Positions 17,502 to 27,416 of a stretch of 45,222 nucleotides of DNA are shown one piece after another. The notes below the pieces were generated by a model. It worked only from the letters and a program-made list of their open reading frames with translations. It searched no databases and had not been told where the DNA came from. This DNA comes from Pseudomonadota bacterium. GTDB taxonomy: Bacteria > Pseudomonadota > Alphaproteobacteria > Micavibrionales > UBA2020. Within the stretch, counting starts at the first letter, position 1. Every line of letters begins with the position of its first letter. Made by a program: the position numbers and the translations under genes. Location: NCBI GenBank assembly GCA_016195185.1, contig JACQAA010000186.1, positions 1 to 45,222 of the forward strand. Reading direction: 5' to 3'.

Positions 17502-18872
17502 ATGACTACTTTTGAAGATCTGGGGATTCCAGCCCCCATTCTCGCCGCCATTAAAAAGGTCGGCTTTACCACGCCCACGCCCATTCAGGCGCAGGCTATT
17601 CCGCTTGCCCTGCAAGGCCGCGACGTTCTGGGGTCAGCTCAGACCGGCACCGGAAAAACCGCCGCCTTCGGCATTCCGATGATCGCCCGGCTGATCGCCG
17701 AACCGCGCAGCACCGGCATTATCATGACCCCCACCCGCGAACTGGCGGCTCAGGTATTGTCCACGCTGCATCCCCTTCTGGCCGGGCAGCACGGCATCCG
17801 CACCGCTCTCCTGATCGGCGGCGAACCGATGCCACGGCAATATCAGCAACTCCGGCAGAATCCGCGCATTATCGTCGGCACCCCCGGCCGCATCAATGAC
17901 CATCTGGAGCGCCGTAGTCTCAACCTCGCCAACGCTCACTTCCTGGTGCTGGATGAAACAGACCGCATGCTCGACATGGGCTTTGGCATCCAGATCGACC
18001 GCATCCTGCAATACATGCCTAAACAGCGCCAGACACTATTATTCTCAGCCACTATCCCGCCCGAGATCGAGAAGCTGGCGCAGAAATACCAGAACAAGCC
18101 GGAACGCATTTCCATCGGCGCCATGAACGTGCCGATTGCGAATGTCACGCAGGAGCTGCTACGTGTCAGCGAAGGCGACAAATATCCGCAGTTGCTGGCG
18201 CAGCTCCAGGCGCGTGGCGGGTCGATCATCGTTTTTGTCAAAACTAAACATGGCGCAAAACGCTTGGCGGAAAAACTCTCCCGCGAAAATCTGAAAGCCG
18301 ATACCATTCACGGCAATCTCAACCAGAATAAGCGCGACCGCGTTATTCAAGGTTTCCGTGCTAAACGCTTCCGTATTCTGGTCGCAACCGATGTCGCCGC
18401 CCGCGGTCTTGATATCCCGCACATCGAACATGTGATCAACTACGACCTGCCGCAATGCGCGGAAGACTATATCCACCGCATCGGCCGCACCGCGCGCGCC
18501 GGCGCCACGGGCACGGCGGTTGCCTTTATCACGCCGTCGGATGGGCGTCTCTGGCATGCCATTCACAAACTCCTGAATCCCGGCGACAAATCGCCGATGC
18601 CGCGCACCAACGACCGCCCACAAAACCGGCGCGGACGCGGGAGCCAGTTCGGCGGCGCGCGCCCGTTTTCCCGGGAGAGAAAATTTGGTGGTGAAAGAGC
18701 GGCGCCGGCAGAACAGGAGCGTCGACGTTTTGAGGGCCCACGCTCCAAAAGTCGGAAGTTCGATCCGCCGCGGGCAGAGCGCGCGAATACGCCCCGCTAT
18801 CAAAGCAAGCCGCGTCCGGATGGCAGCCCTGGTTTTTCAAGACAGGATCAGCGCCGGCGTCATAAGGCTTAA
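17502..18872 (+). CDS. rhlE: DEAD-box ATP-dependent RNA helicase (RhlE-like) with an Arg-rich C-terminal tail
   Basis: Q-motif (F..LG.....AI...GF..PTPIQ), AQTGTGKT, PTRELA, DEAD variant LDETD, SAT and HRIGRTARAG. Confidence 0.9.
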   Translation: MTTFEDLGIPAPILAAIKKVGFTTPTPIQAQAIPLALQGRDVLGSAQTGTGKTAAFGIPMIARLIAEPRSTGIIMTPTRELAAQVLSTLHPLLAGQHGIRTALLIGGEPMPRQYQQLRQNPRIIVGTPGRINDHLERRSLNLANAHFLVLDETDRMLDMGFGIQIDRILQYMPKQRQTLLFSATIPPEIEKLAQKYQNKPERISIGAMNVPIANVTQELLRVSEGDKYPQLLAQLQARGGSIIVFVKTKHGAKRLAEKLSRENLKADTIHGNLNQNKRDRVIQGFRAKRFRILVATDVAARGLDIPHIEHVINYDLPQCAEDYIHRIGRTARAGATGTAVAFITPSDGRLWHAIHKLLNPGDKSPMPRTNDRPQNRRGRGSQFGGARPFSRERKFGGERAAPAEQERRRFEGPRSKSRKFDPPRAERANTPRYQSKPRPDGSPGFSRQDQRRRHKA

Positions 18873-18900
18873 GATTAGGCCTCTGCTACTGCGCGGCAGC

Positions 18901-19794
18901 TTAGAGGGATTTATGCCGGTGAGGCCGGGACGTTTTGGGCGGTGTGGCAGGGGTGACCTTGACAAAACCGCTATTCAACAGGGTCATGATTTTTTTATCG
19001 CGCGCAGAGGCAGAGGGCCCGCCGAACACCACGACAAAAAGCCTTTCGTCACCACGATGGGCGGAAGCGGCCATGTTGAATCCGGAGGCGTCGATAAACC
19101 CGGTTTTGGCGAAATCAATTTCCGGCACCCGGCCGGGCAGACGACTGTGGTTTTTGTAGATATGCCCGTTAAAAACAAAACTCTGTTTTTCAAAGTACTT
19201 ACTGTATTGGGGAAAGTTGCAGAAATGCGCCTCGGCCAGGGTCACTATATCGCGCGCTGTGGTGACCTGTAGCGGATCAGGCAATCCGTTCGGATTGACG
19301 AAATGGGTTCTGGACATGCCCAGCTCCTTGGCCTTGGCATTCATCATCTCCACAAAATGTTCCTGCGTGCCTCCGATGGCCTCGGCCAGAACCACGGCCA
19401 CATCGTTGGCGGATTGCACGGTCAGGGCCGATATAGCTTCTTCAACAGTAATAGTTTGACCGGTCTTCAGATTAAGGCTCGTATGCGGCTGACTCGCGGC
19501 CAGGTCTGATACAGATAAACACTGGTTAAGTTTCAGCTGTGATTTTTCTACGGCCTCAAACGTCAAGTACAGGGTCATTAATTTGGTCAGCGACGCTGGA
19601 TAGACCTGTTGATCAGGATCTTTTTCAAACAGGATGTCTCTGGTTCCGCTTTCAACCACCAGCGCCGTCTGATGGGGGCGGTTGTCATGGCGAGGGGGAT
19701 GCTGTGAGCCAGGCGACTGCGCCGCGCTTATGTTGGCGGCAGCAATATTAAAAGTGACGGCCAGAATAAGTGTTGATAAAAACTTACTGCGCAA
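18901..19794 (-). CDS. D-alanyl-D-alanine carboxypeptidase (S11 / PBP5-6 family)
   Basis: Signal peptide plus the SxxK (ASLTK), SxN (SANDVA) and KTG (KTGFIDASG) motifs. TTG start as in the track. Confidence 0.85.
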   Translation of the reverse strand: MRSKFLSTLILAVTFNIAAANISAAQSPGSQHPPRHDNRPHQTALVVESGTRDILFEKDPDQQVYPASLTKLMTLYLTFEAVEKSQLKLNQCLSVSDLAASQPHTSLNLKTGQTITVEEAISALTVQSANDVAVVLAEAIGGTQEHFVEMMNAKAKELGMSRTHFVNPNGLPDPLQVTTARDIVTLAEAHFCNFPQYSKYFEKQSFVFNGHIYKNHSRLPGRVPEIDFAKTGFIDASGFNMAASAHRGDERLFVVVFGGPSASARDKKIMTLLNSGFVKVTPATPPKTSRPHRHKSL

Positions 19795-19941
19795 GGAGAG
19801 TTCTCACTATTTTACCGAATAAAAAGCACCGGGAAGGCCATCATAAATAAATAAAAACCAAAGTTGTTGTCAAACTATTTTAAGCTTTGGCCAGGTCGTG
19901 TAAAATCGCGAGGAACGGATCATGACAAGAAGCGGCATCGT

Positions 19942-20307
19942 ATGGCTCAACTGATTGATATCAAAAGGCTTATTGCGGCCGCCCATGAAGGGGTGCCAGG
20001 ACGCCCCGGACGGACGGAGGTGGGGGTTTTAACCCGCACCCGCGCCAAACTGCAAAAACCGGCCATGTATCGCGTTTTATTGCTCAATGACGACTTTACG
20101 CCCATGGATTTCGTCGTTCACGTTTTGGAAAGGTTTTTCAGCAAGAATAAGCAAGAGGCGACGGAAATCATGCTGCAAGTTCACCGTCGGGGCGTGGGTG
20201 TATGCGGAGTCTATACGTACGAAGTGGCCGAAACAAAAGTCAATCTGGTGATGGATTACGCCCGCAAGAACGAACACCCGCTGCAATGCACGATGGAAAA
20301 GGAATAG
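19942..20307 (+). CDS. clpS: ATP-dependent Clp protease adaptor ClpS
   Basis: [25 protein letters not shown]......A..IML.VH..G..VCGVYT.EVAETK. Start moved to ATG 19942. Confidence 0.9.
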   Translation: MAQLIDIKRLIAAAHEGVPGRPGRTEVGVLTRTRAKLQKPAMYRVLLLNDDFTPMDFVVHVLERFFSKNKQEATEIMLQVHRRGVGVCGVYTYEVAETKVNLVMDYARKNEHPLQCTMEKE

Positions 20308-20310
20308 ACC

Positions 20311-22620
20311 ATGCTCTCACGCCATCTTGAACAGACGCTACACCGGGCGCTTGCCTATGCCAACGCGCGCCATCATGAATTCGCCACACTGGAACATTTA
20401 CTGCTGGCGCTGACCGAAGACCAGGATTCTGTGGCAGTCATGCGCGCCTGTGGCGTTGATGTAGAGCTGTTGCGGCATGAGCTGACCCATTACGTAGACG
20501 TCGAGTTGCAGAATCTGGTGCATCCGGCATCTGAAGAAGCCAAGCCGACGTCCAGTTTCCAGCGCGTACTGCAGCGCGCCGCCATCCACGTGCAATCTTC
20601 CGGGCGCGAGGAAATGACGGGGGCCAACGTATTGGTGGCCCTCTTTTCCGAGCGTGAAAGCAATGCTGTCTTCTTGCTGCAAGAGCAAGAGATGACCCGC
20701 TTCGATGCGGTGAATTATATTTCACATGGCATCGCTAAGGTGGCCGGTCACACGGAGCAGCGTACGGTGCATGGCGCCGAACCCGATGCTGCCGAAGAGA
20801 CTATCATCAAGAAGGGCCGCGAGGCGCTGGATTCCTATTGCATCAATCTCAATAACAAGGCGGTCAAAGGCAAGATCGACCCGCTCATCGGGCGTGAGTC
20901 CGAAGTGGAACGCACCATTCAGGTGCTCTGCCGCCGTACCAAAAACAACCCGCTGTATGTGGGGGATCCGGGCGTCGGCAAAACCGCGATCGCGGAAGGT
21001 CTCGCCCGCCGCATCACGGAGGGTGATGTGCCCGAGGTCCTGAAGAATTGCACGATTTATGCCCTGGATATGGGGTCCCTGCTGGCCGGCACCCGTTACC
21101 GCGGCGACTTTGAGGAGAGAATAAAATCTGTGCTCACGGAACTGCAGGCGATTGACGGCGCGATCCTGTTTATCGATGAAATCCATACCGTGATCGGCGC
21201 GGGCGCCACCTCTGGCGGGGCGATGGACGCCTCCAACCTGCTGAAACCTTCTCTGTCGAATGGCGCCCTGCGCTGCATCGGCTCCACGACCTATAAGGAA
21301 TACCGTAACCATTTTGAAAAAGACCGCGCTCTGGTGCGGCGCTTCCAGAAAATCGACGTCAATGAGCCCTCGCAGGAAGACGCGATCAAAATTCTCAAGG
21401 GCCTCAAGCCGTACTATGAAGAACACCATAAAGTGACCTATGCGGAGGAAGCCATCCGCGCGGCGGTGGAGCTGTCCACGCGCTATATCGGCGACCGCAA
21501 ACTCCCCGACAAGGCGATTGACGTGATCGATGAAGCGGGTGCCTCGCAAATGCTGCTGCCCGTCGACAAACGTAAAAAACAGATCACCGTCAAGGATATT
21601 GAAGCCATTGTGGCCAAGATCGCGCGCATCCCGCCCAAGACGATCACCAAAGACGACAAGGAAGTGCTGGCCAATCTGGAGCGCCACCTCAAGACCATGG
21701 TTTTCGGGCAAGACCCCGCGATCATGGCGCTGTCCTCGGCGATCAAATTGTCGCGCGCCGGCCTGCGCGAACCGGAAAAACCCATTGGCAGCTATCTGTT
21801 TTCGGGACCGACCGGCGTCGGCAAAACAGAGATGGCGCGGCAGCTTGCCAAAACGCTGGGGCTGGAGCTGATCCGCTTCGACATGTCGGAATATATGGAG
21901 CGCCACTCCATCTCCCGCCTGATCGGCGCGCCGCCGGGCTACGTCGGTTTTGATCAGGGCGGCCTGATGACCGACAAGATCGACCAGCACCCGCATGCCA
22001 TTTTACTGCTGGACGAAATTGAGAAGGCGCATCCCGATGTCTATAATCTTCTGCTGCAGGTGATGGACTACGGCAAGCTCACTGACAACAATGGCAAGAC
22101 CATTGATTTCAGGAACGTCATCCTGATCATGACCACCAATGCCGGAGCGGCTGATCTGGCCAAAGCAACCATGGGCTTTGAACGCGGCACCCGCGAGGGA
22201 GATGATGAAGACGCCATCAACCGCGCCTTTACGCCGGAGTTCAGGAACCGCATGGATGCCATCATCCCGTTCCGGACGCTCACACCGGAAATGATCGGCC
22301 GGGTCGTCGATAAATTCATCATGCAGCTGGAGGTACAGCTGGGTGACCGCGGCGTGACGATCGAATTGATGGATGCGGCGCGGCAGTGGTTGGCGAAAAG
22401 GGGCTACGATCCGACGATGGGCGCGCGGCCGCTTGCCCGTGTCATTCAGGAACAGGTGAAAAAGCCGCTGGCCGATGAGCTGTTGTTTGGTCGCCTGACC
22501 AAAGGCGGCGCCGTGAAGATCGGCGTGGCCGATGACAAGCTGACGTTTGAATATCCGGCGTCCAAATCAGGCCCGGAGAAAAAATCCGAACCGGAACTTG
22601 AACACGAAACCATCGAATAA
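20311..22620 (+). CDS. clpA: ATP-dependent Clp protease ATP-binding subunit ClpA
   Basis: N-domain followed by two AAA+ modules ([10 protein letters not shown] and [11 protein letters not shown]). It lies directly after clpS. Confidence 0.95.
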   Translation: MLSRHLEQTLHRALAYANARHHEFATLEHLLLALTEDQDSVAVMRACGVDVELLRHELTHYVDVELQNLVHPASEEAKPTSSFQRVLQRAAIHVQSSGREEMTGANVLVALFSERESNAVFLLQEQEMTRFDAVNYISHGIAKVAGHTEQRTVHGAEPDAAEETIIKKGREALDSYCINLNNKAVKGKIDPLIGRESEVERTIQVLCRRTKNNPLYVGDPGVGKTAIAEGLARRITEGDVPEVLKNCTIYALDMGSLLAGTRYRGDFEERIKSVLTELQAIDGAILFIDEIHTVIGAGATSGGAMDASNLLKPSLSNGALRCIGSTTYKEYRNHFEKDRALVRRFQKIDVNEPSQEDAIKILKGLKPYYEEHHKVTYAEEAIRAAVELSTRYIGDRKLPDKAIDVIDEAGASQMLLPVDKRKKQITVKDIEAIVAKIARIPPKTITKDDKEVLANLERHLKTMVFGQDPAIMALSSAIKLSRAGLREPEKPIGSYLFSGPTGVGKTEMARQLAKTLGLELIRFDMSEYMERHSISRLIGAPPGYVGFDQGGLMTDKIDQHPHAILLLDEIEKAHPDVYNLLLQVMDYGKLTDNNGKTIDFRNVILIMTTNAGAADLAKATMGFERGTREGDDEDAINRAFTPEFRNRMDAIIPFRTLTPEMIGRVVDKFIMQLEVQLGDRGVTIELMDAARQWLAKRGYDPTMGARPLARVIQEQVKKPLADELLFGRLTKGGAVKIGVADDKLTFEYPASKSGPEKKSEPELEHETIE

Positions 22621-23097
22621 ATGCCGGTACAGCAACAGGAATTCATGCGCCGGGCCATTGCCCTCTCCCGCCAGAAAATGGCGGCCAACTGCGGCGGCCC
22701 GTTTGGAGCGGTTATCGTCAGGCAAGACAAGGTCATTGCCGAGGGGTGGAATAGGGTGACCTCCAGCGCCGATCCGACCGCGCATGCGGAAGTGGTCGCG
22801 ATCCGGGCCGCCTGTAAAACTCTGGGGGACTACCGGCTGAACGGCTGCGACATTTACACCAGCTGTGAACCCTGCCCGATGTGTCTGGCGGCTATTTACT
22901 GGGCGCGGCTGGAGCACATCTACTATGCCAATACCCGGGCCGACGCGGCGGCGATTGGCTTCGATGATGCTTTCTTTTACCAGCAGATCAACCTGCCGGA
23001 AGAAAAACGCACCATTCCCACCAAGCGGATACTGCCCGACGAGGCCAGCGCCGTTTTCTCTGAGTGGTTAAAAAAAGCCGACCGGCAGCAGTATTAA
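22621..23097 (+). CDS. CMP/dCMP-type zinc deaminase (guanine deaminase-like / nucleoside deaminase)
   Basis: Zinc motifs HAEVVAIRAA and CEPCPMCLAAIYWA. The C-terminal extension is of the GuaD type rather than the short TadA type. Its ATG directly abuts the clpA stop. Confidence 0.75.
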   Translation: MPVQQQEFMRRAIALSRQKMAANCGGPFGAVIVRQDKVIAEGWNRVTSSADPTAHAEVVAIRAACKTLGDYRLNGCDIYTSCEPCPMCLAAIYWARLEHIYYANTRADAAAIGFDDAFFYQQINLPEEKRTIPTKRILPDEASAVFSEWLKKADRQQY

Positions 23098-23098
23098 A

Positions 23099-26000
23099 TC
23101 AGCGCCGGGGTTTCGGCCGGGAAGACGCGGCGGCTTTCCGCGCGCCGGCCCTGTGAATTTTGCGGTCTGGATATCGGAACTGCTCATAGGCACCGGGCAG
23201 CGATGCGGCGGTGGTAAAGGCGTCTTTGAGTTTCCGGGGCCCGCTCTCTTCCGCAGTGATCTGCCCCAGCGCCTGCTGCAGCAATACTGTCGGGCTTTCC
23301 TGACTGACAAAGGGGGCCACCCGCACCTCCAGCGCCGGCAATTGCGCCACGGTTGCGCCCACGGACCGGGTCCAGCCATCCACTTTAAGAACCGCCTCTC
23401 TGGCGGAGGCCAATCCCTCGTTCTCCACCCGGTTAAACAGCGCCTGGGCCTGATTGTCGTTCAGGGCCACCGGAAACGGTTGACTTTCCGTGATGATCTC
23501 GGTGCTGCCTTCGACCGGATCATGAGACAACAGCGTGATGTGGTCGGCGTGAACAACATCCAGCAATGTATTGCCCTCGCTCTCGGACAGTGCGCCGAAT
23601 TGCGGGTTGCCGGCCAGCTGATCCAGAACCCGGCGCTTTTCCCACGCTGGCGCATAAACCTCCTGAATCTCGGAACCAATAAGAAACTGCAGTTTCTCTT
23701 TTTTGGTATTGTAGTAGGCATCGTCAATGCTCTCTTCGTGCATCAGCAGGTTGCCGATATGAACCACGCCCGGTCTCTGCCCAATATCGGTCAGGACCTG
23801 TTTGGCCATCTCTGGTGATACCTGAATAAACCCCGGTTTGCGCGCGGAGCTGTATCTTTTGCAGTAAAATCCCACGGCCTTTTTGTCATCCAGCCCCTCG
23901 CCGTCCAGATCCCTATTGAGGGAGAGATAGCCCAGGACCTTCATATTGAAATAGAGGTCGGAATCATGCGTGGTGTGCATATCCGGCCTTTTGTCCAGCT
24001 TCTTCCTGAGGGCGGTTAAGGCACCCGGATCCTGCACAGGGACGGTATATAAAAATTCGTCCTGTCTCAGGAGTTTGTCAAAGTCAAAACTCTCAATCCT
24101 GAAGTCGAAACTGTTTTCCCCCTGATTCAAACGAATGATGGCGGCGTTGTCCGGGTTGAATTTCGTCGTCGCGTCGATATCCAGCAGGCGCGCATCCTTT
24201 TTGAGGGTGACCTCTCCGGTCAGGACTGTCTGCACCCCGTACTTGTCGATCATCAAAGTGGAGCCATCCTCCAGCGCTTGCAACAAACAGATGGAGGACA
24301 GATTATAGCTGCTGACCGCCCCGGTATCGGGGTCCGTCACATGCATGAAATCGGTGCGTTTTTTCAGCGCCGCCACGGTTGCCGCATCGGTATGCAAATC
24401 CGCCTTGACATGGTACCAGAAGATGGCGGAGGTCTCTATGCCAGACCTGGGGTCCGTGCCATGACAGATGGCGTCTATGTTCTCGGGCCGGAAGAGGCCG
24501 TGATTCTCCCGCAGAAAGCCGCCGCGCCTCTCGATGAGGGACAAGAGCTCTTCCGCATCCTGTGCCGATATGTTATCGAGCAGCACGTGCGATTTTCCCT
24601 GCCCTTGCGCCACCGCATAATTCACGGTTCTGCTATCGGCGTTGTACCATATGTTCGCAATGCGATTGAGGTGGCAAAGGACTTTATCATCCGTCAGGCG
24701 GATATTCTCGCCAACAAGAAGTTGCTCAAGATGGGAGAGGGTGGCGGAGGCCTTGCCCGGCGCCAGGTTGTGCGCGGCCTGGGCCAGAATATTGGCTTTG
24801 ATCACACCGGAGTCAAAGGGCTCCAGCAGCGCTGCCACCCATTCTGTTTTCTTCTCATCGCTAATTTTACTCGATACCACTTTTTCCAGCCACCCCCCGG
24901 GCGCCTGAGACAGTTGAGCACGCAATCCCTCCAGTCCTCCCGCCGAGAAGCTGTGAGCAATCAAACGACGTACGGTATTGACAGGGAATGTGTCCAGAGC
25001 AGACAAGACCTCATTCTGCATCAGGGTTTCAAATTTATAGGCAGGGCCCTTCCGGTCGCCATAGCCGTAGGGATAATTGCCATCAATTCTAATTTCATCC
25101 AGTAATCCCGCATTCAGGCTTTGCTCTAACAACGATGCCTTGGCCAGCGGGCTGGCCGAAACCGAGAGAACGTCGGTCAACAGGGACGCGTCCGGATGAC
25201 ACAGATACCAGAGGGAAATCGCCTCAAACGCCGACTTTTCAGTTTCAATTTTTTTAAGAGCAGAGAGAAGTTTTCCAGCATCCTTGCGTTGGAGGGCATC
25301 ATTAAACTGAACGTAGCTGCCGGAAATCTCCGGGCGCTGGCCGTCCATCCCCGACAGAAGCGCGGACAACGCCGCTTCCTGGGCGGGAAGATCGTTTTGG
25401 AACCGCTCGATCACGCGCTGAAAGACGTTGTGGCGATGGATGGTGTCAAGGAAGTCTTCCGGCTTGGTGTCATAGCGGGATTTCAGGTCCGCCATGACCC
25501 GCGGCAAGAAGCCGGGCGCCAGCGGGTTTTCTTTGGCCAGCACCAGTCCCAGGAATTTTTCAAAAATCTCCGGCGCCGTTTTGGCATCGGCAAAAACCAG
25601 CTTCTCGTCCGTCGGCACCGCGATCGGGCTCTCCAGCAGCTCCACCTTGGCGCAAGGGTGCTTGATGTGCTTCAAAATCAGCTCGTCCCAGGACAGCGCC
25701 TGATAGTCCCCCAGAAGCACCTTTTTCAGCAGTTCACTGGCCGCCGTCGCTGTCGCGGGAAACACATTCTTTAACTCCGCCAGGATGACGGAGGCTTCCT
25801 GACCATCAATCGCCGCAGCGACCCGCGAATATTGCAGGGCCATCTCCCGCACCGCCTGGGCATGACCCTCGACCGCTTCCTGATAGTCGGCATGGGCGAT
25901 ATCGATGATCGTCGCCGGATTTTGGTACGCCAACATCCTGGCGCTCGCATCTGCCGCCTTGCCGTTCGCATCGAAGGTGGCAGGCTCCAGCGTATCAGCG

Positions 26001-26662
26001 ACCCAATTCATAAAACTGTCGATATAGTAATGGCGGGCGCTTTGCAGCCCCAGCAGTTCATCTTTTACAGCGCGCAGTTGCTGGTAGACATCAGGGACCG
26101 GTTCTTCCCGGGGCTTTTGCTCTTCTGGCTGTTTTTCTTCTTTATCCTTGCCGCCAAACCAATTACGGAACAGCCCTTTTTTCTGTTCTTTCGGTTCCTC
26201 CTCTGACTGATCCTGACTCTCGACGGGCGGCGGGGGGGCGGCGGGCGGAGCGCTTTCTACATGAACGGTGGGGATCACCACGGTCGGCAAGGGCTCTTGC
26301 AGTGTGGCGGGCATCATATCAGTGAGGGGGGCAATCGCCTTCTGGAAGGCATTGTCCCTGCCAAAGGCGGTTTCAGATTTCGCTTTGAAGTCCTGCAAAC
26401 CCAGCACGAATCCCGCCACATCCCCCATCTGCGACAGCAGGGCGAGAGCGGTTGCTTCATCCTGGTTGTTCAGGGAGCGTTCCAGCTTCTGGTGAAACAG
26501 GATGATGTTATTTTTGTTGGCCGTCAGCCAGTTATTCACCGAATCCGTGTTTCTCTCCACGACCGTCAGGTAATCACCCAGCTGATCGCGCAGCTTGGCA
26601 AGAGCCTCGATATCCTGGGGTAATCCAAGGTTTTTCGGCGGGGATGCTCCGGCTGAATCCAT
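23099..26662 (-). CDS. giant orphan protein (1187 aa), no recognisable domain
   Basis: Uninterrupted 3.56-kb ORF with ATG start, an AAGGA SD and its own promoter-like element. It has a coiled-coil-like N-terminus and a Pro/Glu/Lys low-complexity linker (about aa 135-190). The large remainder shows no motif I can name. The basic tail is ..RKIHRAGARKAAASSRPKPRR. Confidence 0.8.
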   Translation of the reverse strand: MDSAGASPPKNLGLPQDIEALAKLRDQLGDYLTVVERNTDSVNNWLTANKNNIILFHQKLERSLNNQDEATALALLSQMGDVAGFVLGLQDFKAKSETAFGRDNAFQKAIAPLTDMMPATLQEPLPTVVIPTVHVESAPPAAPPPPVESQDQSEEEPKEQKKGLFRNWFGGKDKEEKQPEEQKPREEPVPDVYQQLRAVKDELLGLQSARHYYIDSFMNWVADTLEPATFDANGKAADASARMLAYQNPATIIDIAHADYQEAVEGHAQAVREMALQYSRVAAAIDGQEASVILAELKNVFPATATAASELLKKVLLGDYQALSWDELILKHIKHPCAKVELLESPIAVPTDEKLVFADAKTAPEIFEKFLGLVLAKENPLAPGFLPRVMADLKSRYDTKPEDFLDTIHRHNVFQRVIERFQNDLPAQEAALSALLSGMDGQRPEISGSYVQFNDALQRKDAGKLLSALKKIETEKSAFEAISLWYLCHPDASLLTDVLSVSASPLAKASLLEQSLNAGLLDEIRIDGNYPYGYGDRKGPAYKFETLMQNEVLSALDTFPVNTVRRLIAHSFSAGGLEGLRAQLSQAPGGWLEKVVSSKISDEKKTEWVAALLEPFDSGVIKANILAQAAHNLAPGKASATLSHLEQLLVGENIRLTDDKVLCHLNRIANIWYNADSRTVNYAVAQGQGKSHVLLDNISAQDAEELLSLIERRGGFLRENHGLFRPENIDAICHGTDPRSGIETSAIFWYHVKADLHTDAATVAALKKRTDFMHVTDPDTGAVSSYNLSSICLLQALEDGSTLMIDKYGVQTVLTGEVTLKKDARLLDIDATTKFNPDNAAIIRLNQGENSFDFRIESFDFDKLLRQDEFLYTVPVQDPGALTALRKKLDKRPDMHTTHDSDLYFNMKVLGYLSLNRDLDGEGLDDKKAVGFYCKRYSSARKPGFIQVSPEMAKQVLTDIGQRPGVVHIGNLLMHEESIDDAYYNTKKEKLQFLIGSEIQEVYAPAWEKRRVLDQLAGNPQFGALSESEGNTLLDVVHADHITLLSHDPVEGSTEIITESQPFPVALNDNQAQALFNRVENEGLASAREAVLKVDGWTRSVGATVAQLPALEVRVAPFVSQESPTVLLQQALGQITAEESGPRKLKDAFTTAASLPGAYEQFRYPDRKIHRAGARKAAASSRPKPRR

Positions 26663-26700
26663 CGATTTGTGAATCCTTACAGGGGGTTATGACTGTTGAA

Positions 26701-26729
26701 TTTATAGCATAGGTCTTCTGTTTATGCAA
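26701..26729 (-). promoter_or_regulatory. sigma70-type promoter for the giant orphan gene
   Basis: On the minus strand this reads TTGCAT-N17-TATAAA, about 35-40 nt upstream of ATG 26662. Confidence 0.45.
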
Positions 26730-26765
26730 ATCATTTTCGTAAAATAATGCGGCCCATCTTAGTCA

Positions 26766-26794
26766 TTGACATAAATGGATATTTTGCCTAATGT
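26766..26794 (+). promoter_or_regulatory. sigma70-type promoter for ankyrin pair B
   Basis: TTGACA-N17-TAATGT. The track's ATG 26791 lies inside the -10 hexamer, so ATG 26830 is the more plausible start. It stands back-to-back with the 26701-26729 promoter, 36 bp apart. Confidence 0.5.
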
Positions 26795-26829
26795 CTCTAT
26801 CGAGAATCAGGAAAGGCAGGATCGGGACG

Positions 26830-27393
26830 ATGGCAGATGAGGCACAGACAGAGCTCAATAAGCGACTGGTAGATGCCTGCAAAACTGGAGTGGCCGCAGA
26901 AGTCATCACTTTGCTGGACAAGGGGGCGGACATCAACTACAGCAAAAGCGAGAGCGAGAAAAATCTTCCGCTGGTCTATGCCGCCTATTGCGGGCATCTG
27001 GAAGTCGTCAATATTTTATTGGTACGGGGTGCAGATAGGCAGGGTCAGTGTAACAAAAAAACAGCCGCGCAGTGGGCGCAAGACACGGGGCACACGGCTG
27101 TGGCAGTTCGGCTCAGCGAAGACCCAGATCAGGTGATCTTTCAACAACCACTTAGTGACCGTACGCTGGAAGAGGTTTTTAATTTCGCCACGCTGGAGCG
27201 CATTTCCCTGGTCCGCCATTCTCCGCAAGGCGCCGTCGAAGCGATCACCCGCGAACCCTTCTCGGAGATTGTGGACCAGTCGCAACTCCGCAAGGCTTTT
27301 GAGGAGCATGTCCGCCGTGGCGGCAAAGCTGACGAAAGCCGCGTCTTCCCCTATGTTCTGTCCAAATCAAAATCGCCACGGTCTGGCCTATAA
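26830..27393 (+). CDS. ankyrin-repeat protein with unassigned C-terminal domain (Ank-CTD B1, 187 aa)
   Basis: Ankyrin pieces (LLDKGADINY..., LVYAAYCGHLEVVNILLVRGAD). The C-terminus VFNFATLERISLVRHSPQGAVEAITREPFSEIVDQSQLRKAFEEHVRRGGKADESRVFPYVLSK is paralogous to B2. Confidence 0.8.
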   Translation: MADEAQTELNKRLVDACKTGVAAEVITLLDKGADINYSKSESEKNLPLVYAAYCGHLEVVNILLVRGADRQGQCNKKTAAQWAQDTGHTAVAVRLSEDPDQVIFQQPLSDRTLEEVFNFATLERISLVRHSPQGAVEAITREPFSEIVDQSQLRKAFEEHVRRGGKADESRVFPYVLSKSKSPRSGL

Positions 27394-27416
27394 ACTTTCT
27401 CGAAGGATAGCACGCC

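Noticed and set aside
17304-17615. 103-aa minus-strand ORF in the rhlE upstream region
   Set aside because: It runs antisense into the rhlE start. It has no SD and a low-complexity translation. The region is better explained as a promoter plus long leader.
20722-21996. 424-aa minus-strand ORF antisense to clpA
   Set aside because: Same reasoning: it lies entirely inside clpA and has shadow-ORF composition.
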